Assembly: GCA_963663165.1 (NCBI GenBank)
Contig: OY760175.1
Span: forward strand, 2,720,001 to 2,784,000
DNA from: an uncultured Desulfospira sp.
GTDB lineage: Bacteria; Desulfobacterota; Desulfobacteria; Desulfobacterales; Desulfobacteraceae
DNA: 64,000 bases
Direction of reading: 5' to 3'
This document shows positions 38,831-49,863 of the stretch, one piece after another. Below the pieces are notes generated by a model. The model was not told where the DNA came from. It saw only the letters and a program-made list of their open reading frames with translations, and did not search any database. A program made the translations under genes and the position numbers. The stretch's first letter is position 1; each line of letters opens with the position of its first letter.

Positions 38831-40381
38831 ATGTTTGAAAAAACAGGTCATAGCACGACATACGATAAAACAATGCTGGATTATTTGCGCGCTTTGATAG
38901 CCGTGAATGCCGGCATCGTGCTGCCTAAAAGCCAGGACCGGGAATTGCTTTCCCTGATTCAGGAGCGGCTGCATAAGAATGGCCGGATCTCCTTTGAAGA
39001 ATACGAAAGCCGGTTGAACCTCAAAGGGGCGTTTGCGAAAGATGAATTGCAAATTCTGTTTAAACGCCTGACCATTGGCGAAAGTTATTTTTTCAGGGAT
39101 CCCCAGCAGTTTCAATTAATTGAGACCAACCTGCTTAAAAAATGCATTCAATCGCTCAAACCCGGGAACCCCTTAAGAATATGGAGTGCGGGATGCGCCA
39201 CAGGAGAAGAACCCTATTCCATTGCCATCATTTTAGACCGCCTCCCCCTTGTGGCAGATGGCCTGACCGTAGACATACTCGGAACCGATATCAACGAGGA
39301 TTTTATTGCGTCAGCCAAGCAGGGGATATACAGTTCATGGTCCTTTAGAAACATTGACCCGGACATAAAAGACCAATATTTCACACGGCAGAATCAAAAA
39401 TGGCACATCAGCGACGATATCCGGGAAAAAGTACATTTCCACCGGATCAACCTGGTCCGGGACACATTTCCCTCCCATTCAGCCGGTCTTGAAGCCATGG
39501 ACCTTATTTTATGCCGGAATGTGTTTATCTACTTTACGCCTGAAACCGTCAGCCGGATAATGGAAAAATTTGCCGCCACCCTGCGGCCCGGCGGTTTTCT
39601 GGTCACCGGGCATGCGGAAGTCGTCCAATATCCGACCCAAATGCTTGGGGCGATCTCTTATCCGGAGTCCATGGTATATCAGCGGTATCTGTCCGGTGAG
39701 AAACCCTTGCAGCCCATCCCCTCCAAAAGCTGCGGCCCGGCGTTAAACAAAAGACCGGCAGACCGGGAATCCAGGGCATCTGCCCTCTCTTTCAGGACAG
39801 CACCTCCCCGACGGGTGGCCCCTGCCCGGCCCATGACCGATCCTAAACCATCCGGGCCCAAAGCGGCCATAAACCCCAAAACAGACCTGACCGCCTTATT
39901 TTTAAACAAAAAATACGATGCCCTGATCCAGGCAGTCGGAAAGCTTGACCCGGTGCCGGCATTTGCCGTTGTTCTCACGGCAAGGGCCGCTGCCAACCAA
40001 GGCAAACTGACCAATGCCGAAGAACTTTGCCGCCAGGCCATACAGGCCGATGACATGAACCCGTCCGCCTATTATCTGCTGGCACTGATTGCCCTGGACC
40101 GGGGGCGGCCGGAAGATGCGAAAGCCTTTTTTAACCAGGCCATTTATCTTGACCCGGATTATGCCCCGGCCCATTTGAGCCTGGCAGACCTTGTAGAACA
40201 GGAAAAAGACCTTTCCAAAGCCCGGGTTTTAAGACAAATCGCCGTGACCCTCATCGGTCGTTTGCCCGATGGCCAACCCATCGAATTTTTTGAAGAATAT
40301 TCCAAGAACGACCTGACGGCGCTGCTCCAGCAGCAGCTGATACCGAGCCATCGTAAAAAAGAACGGGACGTTATGCCATGA
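38831..40381 (+). CDS. cheR: CheR methyltransferase with TPR (WspC-like)
   Basis: TIGESYFFRD, WSAGCATGEEPYS, CRNVFIYF; C-terminal TPRs. Confidence 0.93.
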   Translation: MFEKTGHSTTYDKTMLDYLRALIAVNAGIVLPKSQDRELLSLIQERLHKNGRISFEEYESRLNLKGAFAKDELQILFKRLTIGESYFFRDPQQFQLIETNLLKKCIQSLKPGNPLRIWSAGCATGEEPYSIAIILDRLPLVADGLTVDILGTDINEDFIASAKQGIYSSWSFRNIDPDIKDQYFTRQNQKWHISDDIREKVHFHRINLVRDTFPSHSAGLEAMDLILCRNVFIYFTPETVSRIMEKFAATLRPGGFLVTGHAEVVQYPTQMLGAISYPESMVYQRYLSGEKPLQPIPSKSCGPALNKRPADRESRASALSFRTAPPRRVAPARPMTDPKPSGPKAAINPKTDLTALFLNKKYDALIQAVGKLDPVPAFAVVLTARAAANQGKLTNAEELCRQAIQADDMNPSAYYLLALIALDRGRPEDAKAFFNQAIYLDPDYAPAHLSLADLVEQEKDLSKARVLRQIAVTLIGRLPDGQPIEFFEEYSKNDLTALLQQQLIPSHRKKERDVMP

Positions 40382-41628
40382 CAAAAGTATTAATTGCCGA
40401 AGATGATATGATTCTGGCCAAAATGATCACCCGGAAAATAACGGACACCCTTAAGTTTGAGGTCACCCATGTGACCACCTTGGCCCAGGCCATGGCCGTG
40501 ATTGAACAAGGGGTAGAGGATTATTTCATTGCCATTTTAGATCTTTATCTTCCCGATGCCCCGGACGGTGAAATCATTGATATGGTTGCCCAGCATCTGC
40601 CGGTGGTGGTGTTTACCGCCCAGATGGATGATGATGTCCGCAGCTTTGTGGAATCCAAGCCCGTGATCGATTATGTGATTAAACATGGCGAACGCAGCAT
40701 CAAATTACTGGTTGAACTGGTCCAGCGCCTTTCCAAAAACCAGAATATCAAAGCCATGGTGGTGGACGATTCGGCCATTGCCCGGACCATGCTGGCCAAT
40801 ATTCTAAAATCTTATCAGTTTCAGGTCCTGACGGCCGGGGACGGGGATGAAGCCCTGGCCCTTCTGGCCGAACACCCGGACATCCGCATTGTGATCACCG
40901 ATTATATCATGCCCAATATCAACGGGCTTGAACTTTTGGAAACCATCCGGGGAAACCTGGACCTGGATCGCAAAGAGCTTGCCATCATCGGGGTTTCCGG
41001 CCAGGTCGGGGATACCTTCAGCGCCAAATTCATCAAAAACGGAGGCAATGATTTTCTGATCAAGCCCTTTTTAAAAGAGGAGCTGATCTGCCGCATCAAC
41101 CAGAACATTGAATTTTTAGAACATATTGAAGCCATTACCACCATGGCCGAACGCGACCATTTATCCGGGCTGTACAACCGCCGGTACTTTTTTGAAGTCG
41201 GGGAACGGTTTTACGCCAATGCCAGACGGGATCACCTGACCCTGGTGCTGGCCATGCTGGATATTGACCATTTTAAATCCGTGAATGACGTTTACGGGCA
41301 TTATGCCGGCGACCAGGTGATCAAGGCCGTGGCCAACACCCTGAATGATTCATTTCGGTCTTCTGACCTGGTGGCCCGGATCGGGGGGGAAGAATTTTGT
41401 GTGCTGGCCACCAATATGGACCCGGGCCATATCAGAATCACCATGGAACGGCTGCGCCAGGCGGTTGAAAATACGGTGGTCACGGTGGGGGAATCGGATA
41501 TCCGGGTAACCATCAGCATCGGGGTACATTCCGATCTTGAAGAATCCCTGGCCGCCATGCTCAACCGGGCCGATGAACTGCTTTATAAGGCCAAAACAAG
41601 CGGCAGAAACCGCGTGGAGGAGGGATAA
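40378..41628 (+). CDS. REC-REC diguanylate cyclase
   Basis: Two receiver domains; DIDHFK; RSSD I-site; GGEEF. Confidence 0.93.
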   Translation: MTKVLIAEDDMILAKMITRKITDTLKFEVTHVTTLAQAMAVIEQGVEDYFIAILDLYLPDAPDGEIIDMVAQHLPVVVFTAQMDDDVRSFVESKPVIDYVIKHGERSIKLLVELVQRLSKNQNIKAMVVDDSAIARTMLANILKSYQFQVLTAGDGDEALALLAEHPDIRIVITDYIMPNINGLELLETIRGNLDLDRKELAIIGVSGQVGDTFSAKFIKNGGNDFLIKPFLKEELICRINQNIEFLEHIEAITTMAERDHLSGLYNRRYFFEVGERFYANARRDHLTLVLAMLDIDHFKSVNDVYGHYAGDQVIKAVANTLNDSFRSSDLVARIGGEEFCVLATNMDPGHIRITMERLRQAVENTVVTVGESDIRVTISIGVHSDLEESLAAMLNRADELLYKAKTSGRNRVEEG

Positions 41629-41634
41629 GGGGGG

Positions 41635-42732
41635 ATGAATATGTCAACTGCGGCTCAAAGTTCTGTTAAACCGGAGACCCCCCTGCCGGATTGCGCCGGT
41701 GCTTATCTGGTGTTTGAATTCACCGGGAAACGGTATGGGGTAAAAGCCGCCATGTTAAAAGAGTCCATCCGCCTGCCCGAGCTGACCCCGGTGGATGATG
41801 AACCCGATTATATTGTGGGGGTGCTGAACTTAAGAGGACGCGTCCTGCCTGTCATGGACCTGAACCTGCGCATGGGAAGGCGGACCCAACCCTACACCAT
41901 CAATCACTGCGTGGTGGTCCTGAATAACCAGGGCCGGCTGTTGGGGCTGATGGCCAATGATCTGGTAAAGCTGACCGATTACCTGGACAGTGACGTGGAC
42001 CCGCTGCAGCACTTTGAGGAAAAAGACACCCCGGCGGCCCGGCGGCTGCTGCATTGCGTCAGGGGGGTTGCCAAAGACAGCGAAGAACTGGTGGCCGTTC
42101 TGGATACGGATATTCTGTTTTCCTCAGCCTGGCCTGAGGACAAGAATATCAAGGAGGATCTGCCAGGCCCGTTAACGGAACCCGGCAGTTTCTGTCCTGA
42201 GGCAAGCGATGCCGACCGCGCCGTGTTTCTGAACCGCCGGCAGCGGCTGATGCAGCACACTGAGGCCATGGACACCTCTGAATTGGCGTCAATGGCCGTG
42301 ATCCGTATTGGGCAGGCCTTTCTCGGAATCGACCTGGGGATTGTCCGGGGATTTGCCGGAACCCGGAAAATCACACCGGTTCCGTGCTGTCCGGCCTATA
42401 TTCTGGGCAATATCAACCTGCGCGGCGAAGTACTCACCGTCGTGGACCTAAGGGGGTTTTTACAATTGCCCCCGGCAGACCCGTCCGCTTACCTTCAGAT
42501 TCTGGTGGCCAAATCCGGTGACATTACCGTGGCGGTTTCCATAGACGAAATCCAGGATGTCATCAGCCTTGGCCATGAAACCACGGCCCAGACACCGGTG
42601 GCCGGCGGGGCACTGACAGGGGATTTTGTCAAAGGGGCGGTGATTTACAAAAAAAAGATGATCAGCATCATTGATCTGGACCATATTCTCACCAGCGGCA
42701 TGCTGGTGGTCAACCAGGAGAAAACTATCTAA
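41635..42732 (+). CDS. cheW: Tandem CheW-CheW
   Basis: Two G..NLRG.V..V.DL motifs. Confidence 0.92.
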   Translation: MNMSTAAQSSVKPETPLPDCAGAYLVFEFTGKRYGVKAAMLKESIRLPELTPVDDEPDYIVGVLNLRGRVLPVMDLNLRMGRRTQPYTINHCVVVLNNQGRLLGLMANDLVKLTDYLDSDVDPLQHFEEKDTPAARRLLHCVRGVAKDSEELVAVLDTDILFSSAWPEDKNIKEDLPGPLTEPGSFCPEASDADRAVFLNRRQRLMQHTEAMDTSELASMAVIRIGQAFLGIDLGIVRGFAGTRKITPVPCCPAYILGNINLRGEVLTVVDLRGFLQLPPADPSAYLQILVAKSGDITVAVSIDEIQDVISLGHETTAQTPVAGGALTGDFVKGAVIYKKKMISIIDLDHILTSGMLVVNQEKTI

Positions 42733-42751
42733 CGCATGGGGAGTACCTTTT

Positions 42752-44890
42752 ATGAAACTGAAAATATACCAAAAACTGATTGGTCTGTTCATTATCATCG
42801 GCCTTACCCCTTTTCTGCTTATCAGTATCTATGCCTTTATAAACTCCAGAAACGCCCTGGAAAAAAACGCCAGAGACCGACTTTCATTTTTGCTGGAAAG
42901 CCGGAAAGAAACCATTGCCTTGTATCTGGATACCGTCAAAAGCCAGGTGGCCACCCAGGCCCAGAGTACCATGATTCGCAACGCCATGCGCCGATTTTCC
43001 ACCTCATTTAAACAGTTCAGGCAGGAGGAATTCATTCATTTCAGCAGTGACCAGGAAGCCATTACCACCCGCCTTAAAACCCGGTACATCTACCAGGAGT
43101 CCCACACCCTGGATGCCCCCAGGGATGCCCGTTCCCTGTGGTTTCCCAAGGACTGGCATGTTCAATACCTCCAATATCTGTATATCGCCAATAACCCCTT
43201 TCCCATCAACGAAAAATGCGAGATGGACAAGGCAAAGGACAACAGCCTTTACTCTGTGGTCCATTCGGAATATCACCCCATATTACACCACTTTGCCGAA
43301 GAATTCGGGTATCATGACCTGTTTTTGATAGAGGCAGAGACCGGCCATATGGTGTATTCCGTATCCAAAAAGGTGGATTACGGCACCAGCCTGCTTACAG
43401 GGCCCTATGCCGATACCCATATTGCTAAAATTTTCAAGGCGGCGGCCGCCGCTGAAAAGCCCGCCATTTTTTTTAGCGACTTTGCCATGTATCCGGCCTC
43501 CTTCAACCGCGAAGCCGCCTTTATTGCTGCCCCCATCTTTGAAAACAAATCCGTCATCGGGGTCATCATTTTCCAGATCCCGGTGGCCCGTATCAACCAT
43601 ATCATGACCAGCGGCCACCAGTGGCAGAGTGTGGGGCTCGGCAAAAGCGGAGAAAGCGTTCTGGTAGGGCCTGACTTAAAATTTCGCTCCAACTCAAGGC
43701 ATCTGTTCGAAGAACCCGAGATTCTCAAAAAACAGCTTTCAAGCCAGGGGGCAGAACAGCATGTTATTGACCGGGCCAAACAGCTCAATACAGCCATCGG
43801 CACCCTGTCCTATGACATCCCCATCGTCGGCGAAGCCCTGCAGGGAAAAAGCGGGGTTAAACTGACCTTGGATTACCGGGGCGTTTCCGTTCTGGCAGGA
43901 TATGCCCCCCTTGACACACTCGGCACGCGGTGGGCCATCATCACAGCCATTGATGAAGATGAAATTTTAGACGCCTTTTTCAGCCTCAGGAAGGCCATGA
44001 TTTTTCTCGGGGTTATCGGCATCGTTGCCGTGCTGGCGGCAGGGGGCTATCTGGCCCGTTCCATCAGCCGGCCCCTAAACGAGGTCATCGGTGTGTTATC
44101 CTCTTCTTCCGCCCAGATCACCACCTCTATCACCGAGCAGGAATCCGTGGCCCGGCAGCAGGCCAGTGCGGTCCAGGAGACCAACGCCACCATGGAGGAG
44201 CTCGGCACCTCCAGCAAGCTGTCCTCTGAACAGGCCCAGGCGGCCGCGGCCGGCTCCCAGCAGGTCCTGGACCTTTCCGAAGAAGGCCGGGAAAAGATGG
44301 AAGATATGGTCCTTGGAATGGATACTTTAAAAGAAAAAGTGGATGATATTGCCAAACAGATTCTTCATTTATCAGAACAGACCGGTAAAATCGGCGATAT
44401 TACCAACCTGGTGTCAGACTTTGCCAACGAGACCAAAATGCTGGCCATGAATGCGGCTGTGGAAGCGGTCCGCGCCGGGGAAAACGGCAAAGGCTTTTCC
44501 GTGTTGTCCGTGGAAATCAGGAAACTGGCCGATGAAAGCAAGCGATCTGCAGAACGGATCAATGCCCTGGTGGCCGAAATCCAGAAAGTTACCAATGCCA
44601 CGGTCATGGCCACGGAAGAAGGCACCAAAAATGTCAACCGGGGGGCAGAGCTTGCCAGGGCCACGGCGGAGACCTTTCAAAATGTCAGCACGGCCATTGG
44701 TGAGGCGGCCCGGAATACCACACAGATTGCCTTGAACGTTCAGCAGCAGGCCATTGCCGTAAAACAGGTGGTGGAGGCCATGGGAACCCTGAACCAGGGG
44801 GCCAAGGAAACCTCTTCGGGCATCGGCCAGGTCAAGGCCGGTATTCAAACCCTGAACGATGCGGCCCGGACTTTAAAGGAGATGGTATAA
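42752..44890 (+). CDS. Methyl-accepting chemotaxis protein with Cache-type sensor
   Basis: 2 TM; LAMNAAVEAVRAGENGKGF. Confidence 0.93.
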   Translation: MKLKIYQKLIGLFIIIGLTPFLLISIYAFINSRNALEKNARDRLSFLLESRKETIALYLDTVKSQVATQAQSTMIRNAMRRFSTSFKQFRQEEFIHFSSDQEAITTRLKTRYIYQESHTLDAPRDARSLWFPKDWHVQYLQYLYIANNPFPINEKCEMDKAKDNSLYSVVHSEYHPILHHFAEEFGYHDLFLIEAETGHMVYSVSKKVDYGTSLLTGPYADTHIAKIFKAAAAAEKPAIFFSDFAMYPASFNREAAFIAAPIFENKSVIGVIIFQIPVARINHIMTSGHQWQSVGLGKSGESVLVGPDLKFRSNSRHLFEEPEILKKQLSSQGAEQHVIDRAKQLNTAIGTLSYDIPIVGEALQGKSGVKLTLDYRGVSVLAGYAPLDTLGTRWAIITAIDEDEILDAFFSLRKAMIFLGVIGIVAVLAAGGYLARSISRPLNEVIGVLSSSSAQITTSITEQESVARQQASAVQETNATMEELGTSSKLSSEQAQAAAAGSQQVLDLSEEGREKMEDMVLGMDTLKEKVDDIAKQILHLSEQTGKIGDITNLVSDFANETKMLAMNAAVEAVRAGENGKGFSVLSVEIRKLADESKRSAERINALVAEIQKVTNATVMATEEGTKNVNRGAELARATAETFQNVSTAIGEAARNTTQIALNVQQQAIAVKQVVEAMGTLNQGAKETSSGIGQVKAGIQTLNDAARTLKEMV

Positions 44891-44957
44891 CCGCAGCTGT
44901 TAGCTATTAGCTATGAGGTAACTGCAAAAGGCTAATAGCTAATCCAGGAAATATAAA

Positions 44958-47240
44958 ATGATCAATGATCCGGAATTGCGTGATATATTTAAGGTAGAGT
45001 CCAACGAGCGGCTGGAAAATATGGATAACGGCCTGCTGGCGCTGGAAAAGAACCCTGAAGATGCGGAAACCCTCAAAGGCATGTTCCGTGAGGCCCACAG
45101 CCTGAAAGGGTCATCCCGCATGCTGGGTGAAGACCGGCTTGAAAAGGTGGCCCATGTATTTGAAGATCTGTTGGGAATGGCCGCCAAAGGCGAGATCCAG
45201 TTTACCTCCGAGATTGTGGACGAGCTGTTTGCCGGGGTGAGCGGCATGCGCAAATTAGCCGATGAAGTGGTGGAGAATGTTGAAAAAAGCCAGGTAGATG
45301 TGGAGGCACTGGTGAATGCCCTTAAGGCCCTATGCCAGACCGGGAAAGCCTCTTCTGGTATTGACCTGGACATGGGGGCACCGGCGCAGGGCTTGAAAAC
45401 ACCCCTTAAGACTGACCCCGGGCCAGAAGAAAATCTACCTGGAAAGCAGCCGGAAGAAGCCCCATCCGCACCTGAAAACCAGGCGCCGGCCGAGCCCCCA
45501 CCCCAAAAAAAACCAGCCAAAACCGATAAAGCGGAACCGGCTTACCGAGTGGACACCATCCGGGTAGACACCCAAAAATTAGACCGGCTTATCAATCAAA
45601 CCGGCGAGCTTGCCGTTATCCGGACACGGCTGCGCCAGCGGCTCCAGGATGCCGGGAACCTGATGGACTTATGGCAGGACCTGGAAAGGGCCTTGTACCA
45701 TTTCAGCCATCTGCCGGGATTAAGCCAGGCCATCCATGACCTGCCGGCAGAGCTGGCCCAGATGATTCAGGCCATGCAGCAGAACCTGTATGAAGACAAC
45801 ACCGAACTGGAACTGGTGGCCAGGGATCTTGAAGACGGGGTAAGGCATTTGAGGCTGCTGCCCCTGTCTACCATCTTCAACCTGTTTCCGCGCATGGTCC
45901 GTGACCTGACCCGGTCTCTGGACCGGACTGTGGCGTTACAGATTACCGGGGCCGATACCACCGTTGACAAGCACATCCTTGAACAGATTAAAAGCCCGCT
46001 GACCCATATGGTCAGAAATGCCGTCCACCACGGGCTTGAATCCCCCAAGACCCGGGCAGAGAATAAAAAAGACCCCACCGGGGTGCTGCACCTGAATGCC
46101 TTTAAAACCGCCACCCATGTAATCATTGAAGTCCGGGATGACGGCCGGGGAATTGACCTTGACGCTGTCCGGGCCAAGGCGGTGGCCAATAACCTGCTTC
46201 GGGCCGATGAGGCCAAAGAGGCGGACAAAAACCTGCTGCTTTCCCTGATTTTCAAGTCCGGATTTACCACCAGCAAAATGATCACGAATATTTCCGGACG
46301 GGGGGTAGGCCTTGACGTGGTCGCCAGCGAGGTATCCCAGCTCAAAGGGACCATTGAGGTGGATACCACCCCGGGAAAGGGCTGCTGCTTTACCATCCAG
46401 CTGCCCATCAGCCTGACCACGTCAAAGGTGTTCATCATCCGGGTCCAGGACCGGCAGTTTGGGATTCCCGTGGATTTTGTCAAACAGGTCCGGCAGATTA
46501 AAAAAGAGGACGTGTTCAATGACAACGGCCGGGCTGCCATTAATATGGACCAGTCACCCGTCTCTATTGTCCCTCTGGCCTCACTGCTGGAAATCGGTGC
46601 GCCCCATCCCGGGTACGGCCCCTGTCTTATTCTTAAAAGCGGCCCGGACAGGATCGGGATTCTGGTGGATGAAATCGAGGATGAACTTGAAGTGGTGGTC
46701 AAACCCCACGGCAATCTGCTCAAACAGGTGCGCAATATTTCAGGGTCCACTATCCTGGGCACAGGCAATGTCTGCACGGTCCTGGACCCGCCGGACCTGG
46801 TCAGTACCGCCTATACCCTGGGCAGTACCGGTCTGATTGCCCGGGATGAAGAAAAAATCGAAGAACAGGAGCGGGCAGCCAGGCACGTCCTGCTGGTGGA
46901 GGATTCCATTACCACCCGGACCCAGGAAAAACGGATTCTGGAGTCTGCCGGATTTGAAGTCACCACGGCAGTGGATGGCCTGGACGGCTGGACCAAGCTT
47001 TCCAACCGGTTTTATGATGCCGTGGTGTCCGACATTGAGATGCCGAATTTAGACGGGCTTAACCTGACCCGGCGGATCCGGGAACACGAACAGTTTCAAA
47101 CCCTGCCGGTGATTCTGGTGACCTCCCTGTCCAAGGATGAGGACCGGCGAAAAGGCCTGGAGGTTGGCGCCAATGCCTATATCTCCAAACCCAGTTTTGA
47201 CCAGAGTACCTTAATCGACACATTGGAAAGGCTCATCTGA
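44958..47240 (+). CDS. cheA: Hybrid CheA-REC kinase (WspE-like)
   Basis: AHSLKG Hpt, RNAVHHG, DDGRG, SGRGVG, CheW and REC domains. Confidence 0.95.
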   Translation: MINDPELRDIFKVESNERLENMDNGLLALEKNPEDAETLKGMFREAHSLKGSSRMLGEDRLEKVAHVFEDLLGMAAKGEIQFTSEIVDELFAGVSGMRKLADEVVENVEKSQVDVEALVNALKALCQTGKASSGIDLDMGAPAQGLKTPLKTDPGPEENLPGKQPEEAPSAPENQAPAEPPPQKKPAKTDKAEPAYRVDTIRVDTQKLDRLINQTGELAVIRTRLRQRLQDAGNLMDLWQDLERALYHFSHLPGLSQAIHDLPAELAQMIQAMQQNLYEDNTELELVARDLEDGVRHLRLLPLSTIFNLFPRMVRDLTRSLDRTVALQITGADTTVDKHILEQIKSPLTHMVRNAVHHGLESPKTRAENKKDPTGVLHLNAFKTATHVIIEVRDDGRGIDLDAVRAKAVANNLLRADEAKEADKNLLLSLIFKSGFTTSKMITNISGRGVGLDVVASEVSQLKGTIEVDTTPGKGCCFTIQLPISLTTSKVFIIRVQDRQFGIPVDFVKQVRQIKKEDVFNDNGRAAINMDQSPVSIVPLASLLEIGAPHPGYGPCLILKSGPDRIGILVDEIEDELEVVVKPHGNLLKQVRNISGSTILGTGNVCTVLDPPDLVSTAYTLGSTGLIARDEEKIEEQERAARHVLLVEDSITTRTQEKRILESAGFEVTTAVDGLDGWTKLSNRFYDAVVSDIEMPNLDGLNLTRRIREHEQFQTLPVILVTSLSKDEDRRKGLEVGANAYISKPSFDQSTLIDTLERLI

Positions 47241-47340
47241 TAACGATTTTTATTGAAAAAACCGGTATCAACAGCCTTTTAAAGCCCGTTGCATACAAAA
47301 TCCAGGTGTCAATCCATAACAGACAGGAAAGGAGAAACGA

Positions 47341-47545
47341 GTGGCTCAAAAGCTGATGAAGTACTATGAGGAGGCAAAAAAAATGGGGCACCTATGACAA
47401 GCCGGTGAACTATATCAGCGCAGGCTTCATCAAGGCCATGTTCGAAAGCGTTCTCAAGATGCCCGAAAGATCGTTCAATGCGGTGGAGATACAAAGTATT
47501 GTGACGGGTGATGACACATCAATATTCAAAATTACGAGGACATAA
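47341..47545 (+). pseudogene. Fused fragments of a small protein and a V4R-domain C-terminus
   Basis: GTG-AQKLMKYYEEAKKMG after an RBS, then ..PVNYISAGFIKAMFES...EIQSIVTGD..SIFKI*. Confidence 0.5.
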
Positions 47546-47548
47546 ATC

Positions 47549-48158
47549 ATGGCTATAGACAGAAAAAAGATCATTGAGCAGATGTCGCAGATCGACATCC
47601 TTCCGGATGAAAACGGCATCATCGAGGGGTATAACGTACTGATGACCCAGATGCCCACGACCTTCTGGAACGGATTTGCCGAACAGCCTGACCTCCAAAA
47701 CATCGGCCGGCATGCTTGAAGCCAAGGAATACCTGCTCTACAACGCGGCCCACGGATGCGGTTATCGCACCGGTCACGGCATTGTCACTTCCGATGAATG
47801 GAATGCCGTGGTAAAGCCCATGCTGGAAGAAATGCCCGAAGACGTCCTGCACGGCGCCTTTGCCGTTTTCACCGCCTGGGGCTGGGCTGACTCGGAAATC
47901 ATTGAACTGGTGCCCGGGGAAAAGATGGTCACCCGGGCCTATGATTATTACGAGGCCGACATTGCCAGATACGGCCGGTCCAGGAAAATGAGCACCTATA
48001 TGATTGCCGGCGTGTGCGCGGGGTTCATGGAACTGGCCTAGGCGGGGGACTACGACCCTGCGGGCAAGCCCATCGGCACCTTTGAATGCAGACAGGTCAA
48101 GGGCATTGAGTGCGGCGATTCTTATGCAGAACTTATTGTCACCAGGGCACATACATGA
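47549..48158 (+). pseudogene. V4R-domain gene with frameshift and internal TAG
   Basis: MAIDRKK...FWNGFAE, frameshift near 47685, AWGW, GVCAGFM, TAG 48039-48041, then FECRQVKGIECGD. Confidence 0.7.
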
Positions 48159-48429
48159 AGCCATAACCCCAAACACCGGCGCCGTGGTGGTCAACCACTG
48201 TTCCAATGTAACGGGAATAGCCAACGATATGCAGGCCATGGGGGCTGTCACCAGACAGCACGGCATCCCCTTTGTCGTGGATGTGTCCCAGAGCGCTGGC
48301 GTGTATCCGGTGGATGTGCAAAATGCCCATATCGCTATCCTGGCCTTTACCGGCCACAAATCCCTATACGGCATTCAGGGCATTGGCGGGGCCTATATCG
48401 GGGAAGGCATTGAATTGACGCCTCTATGA
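48150..48429 (+). pseudogene. Internal fragment of class V aminotransferase/cysteine desulfurase
   Basis: HCSNVTG, VDVSQSAG, FTGHKSLYG; both ends missing. Confidence 0.8.
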
Positions 48430-48662
48430 TATCGGAATTACGGCTTTCAGAAAAAATCACCAAAGAACTGATCTTCCTGCTCGGCAAAGACGGGGATGTC
48501 CAGTACTTTGCCCATTTTGCCAGGCCGTTCTTCGAAATCCGGATCCCGGGTTATTATGATGTAAAAGGGATTGAAGGCAACAAAACCACGTGGGTGCATC
48601 TGAAGAATCCGGGCCGATACTCACTGGAGGCATTCATTGAAAACCTGGAAAATATGATATAA
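48426..48662 (+). CDS. Hypothetical protein or fragment
   Basis: 78-aa ORF, no motif recognised. Confidence 0.4.
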   Translation: MISELRLSEKITKELIFLLGKDGDVQYFAHFARPFFEIRIPGYYDVKGIEGNKTTWVHLKNPGRYSLEAFIENLENMI

Positions 48663-48727
48663 AATACCCACATCTCAGACTTTAAGTTGACCAGAGGCCA
48701 ATTAACCGACACATTGGAAAGGTTCTT

Positions 48728-49771
48728 ATGATTACGGTTTTTATTGTAGACGACTCAAGCTTGATGCATAACGCACTCAAGAAAATCCTTGATCCGGAGC
48801 CGGATATTAAAATTATCGGAACCGCGTCCAATGGCAGAGAAGCTTTGGAAAAAATTCCTGGTTTAAAGCCCCGGGTGGTGTTGACAGACCTGCGCATGCC
48901 GGTGATGGACGGTTTTGAACTGGTCAAAGAACTGATGCAGTCCCATCCTGTCCCCATACTTGTGGTCAGCGCCGTGGTTACCCCGGACATTACCCAGGGC
49001 GAAACATTCCGGATCCTGGAAATGGGGGCCATGGATATCCTGCCCAAGCCCGGCATGGGGACAGAAGAGGAAAACCGCATTTGGAAAAGACAGCTGATCA
49101 ATAAAATCAAAGTATTATCCGGGGTGATGCCCATTACCCGGCGATTGGCTTCAGGCCGTTCTTTTCAGGCACCGGCTTCACTGAAAACGCCCCCTGTCAT
49201 CCCTGATGCCTCAGTTCAGGAGATTGTCTGCATCGGCGCCTCCACCGGGGGCCCCATCGCATTAAAGGAAATTTTTTCCAGCCTACCGGGCAGCTTTGCC
49301 TATCCCGTCTGCTGTGCCATGCACATTTATGAGGGGTTTACCGACGAACTGATCAGCTGGCTGAAGTCCTATGCCCATCTTAAAATCGTCAAAGCCCAGA
49401 ACCACCACACCCCTGAACCCGGATATATTTACTTTCCCGAGGACAATACCCACCTGACCTTTGATGGCGGCGGGCGGTTTATCCTCACCCCTTCCGTGTC
49501 CACAGACCTGCATAAACCCAGTGTGGACCTTTTGTTTCAAACAGCGGCCCGGGCCTTTGGCCCCAAACTGACCGCAGCGATCCTGACCGGAATGGGACGG
49601 GACGGGGCCCAGGGCTTATTGGAAATCAAAAATGCCGGAGGGCTGACCATGGCCCAGAACGAAGCCTCCTGCGTTGTCTTCGGCATGCCCAAAGAGGCCA
49701 TCCAGCTAGGGGCGGCCCAGCATGTCCTGTCTATTTCCCAGATTATCAGCCAGCTGCTGCTGTTGGGCTGA
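48728..49771 (+). CDS. cheB: CheB methylesterase with REC domain
   Basis: GASTGGP, KPSVD, LTGMGRDGA, VFGMP. Confidence 0.95.
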   Translation: MITVFIVDDSSLMHNALKKILDPEPDIKIIGTASNGREALEKIPGLKPRVVLTDLRMPVMDGFELVKELMQSHPVPILVVSAVVTPDITQGETFRILEMGAMDILPKPGMGTEEENRIWKRQLINKIKVLSGVMPITRRLASGRSFQAPASLKTPPVIPDASVQEIVCIGASTGGPIALKEIFSSLPGSFAYPVCCAMHIYEGFTDELISWLKSYAHLKIVKAQNHHTPEPGYIYFPEDNTHLTFDGGGRFILTPSVSTDLHKPSVDLLFQTAARAFGPKLTAAILTGMGRDGAQGLLEIKNAGGLTMAQNEASCVVFGMPKEAIQLGAAQHVLSISQIISQLLLLG

Positions 49772-49863
49772 CACGCCGTGTCAATATGTTTAACGCACCA
49801 GAATTACAGATAGTCTGGGGGGTTTGTTTTCCCGATTCACAAAAAAATTAAGGACGATATCCC

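Noticed and set aside
48039..48041. In-frame TAG in the V4R gene as pyrrolysine
   Set aside because: The same gene has a frameshift and sits among fragments; a nonsense mutation is simpler
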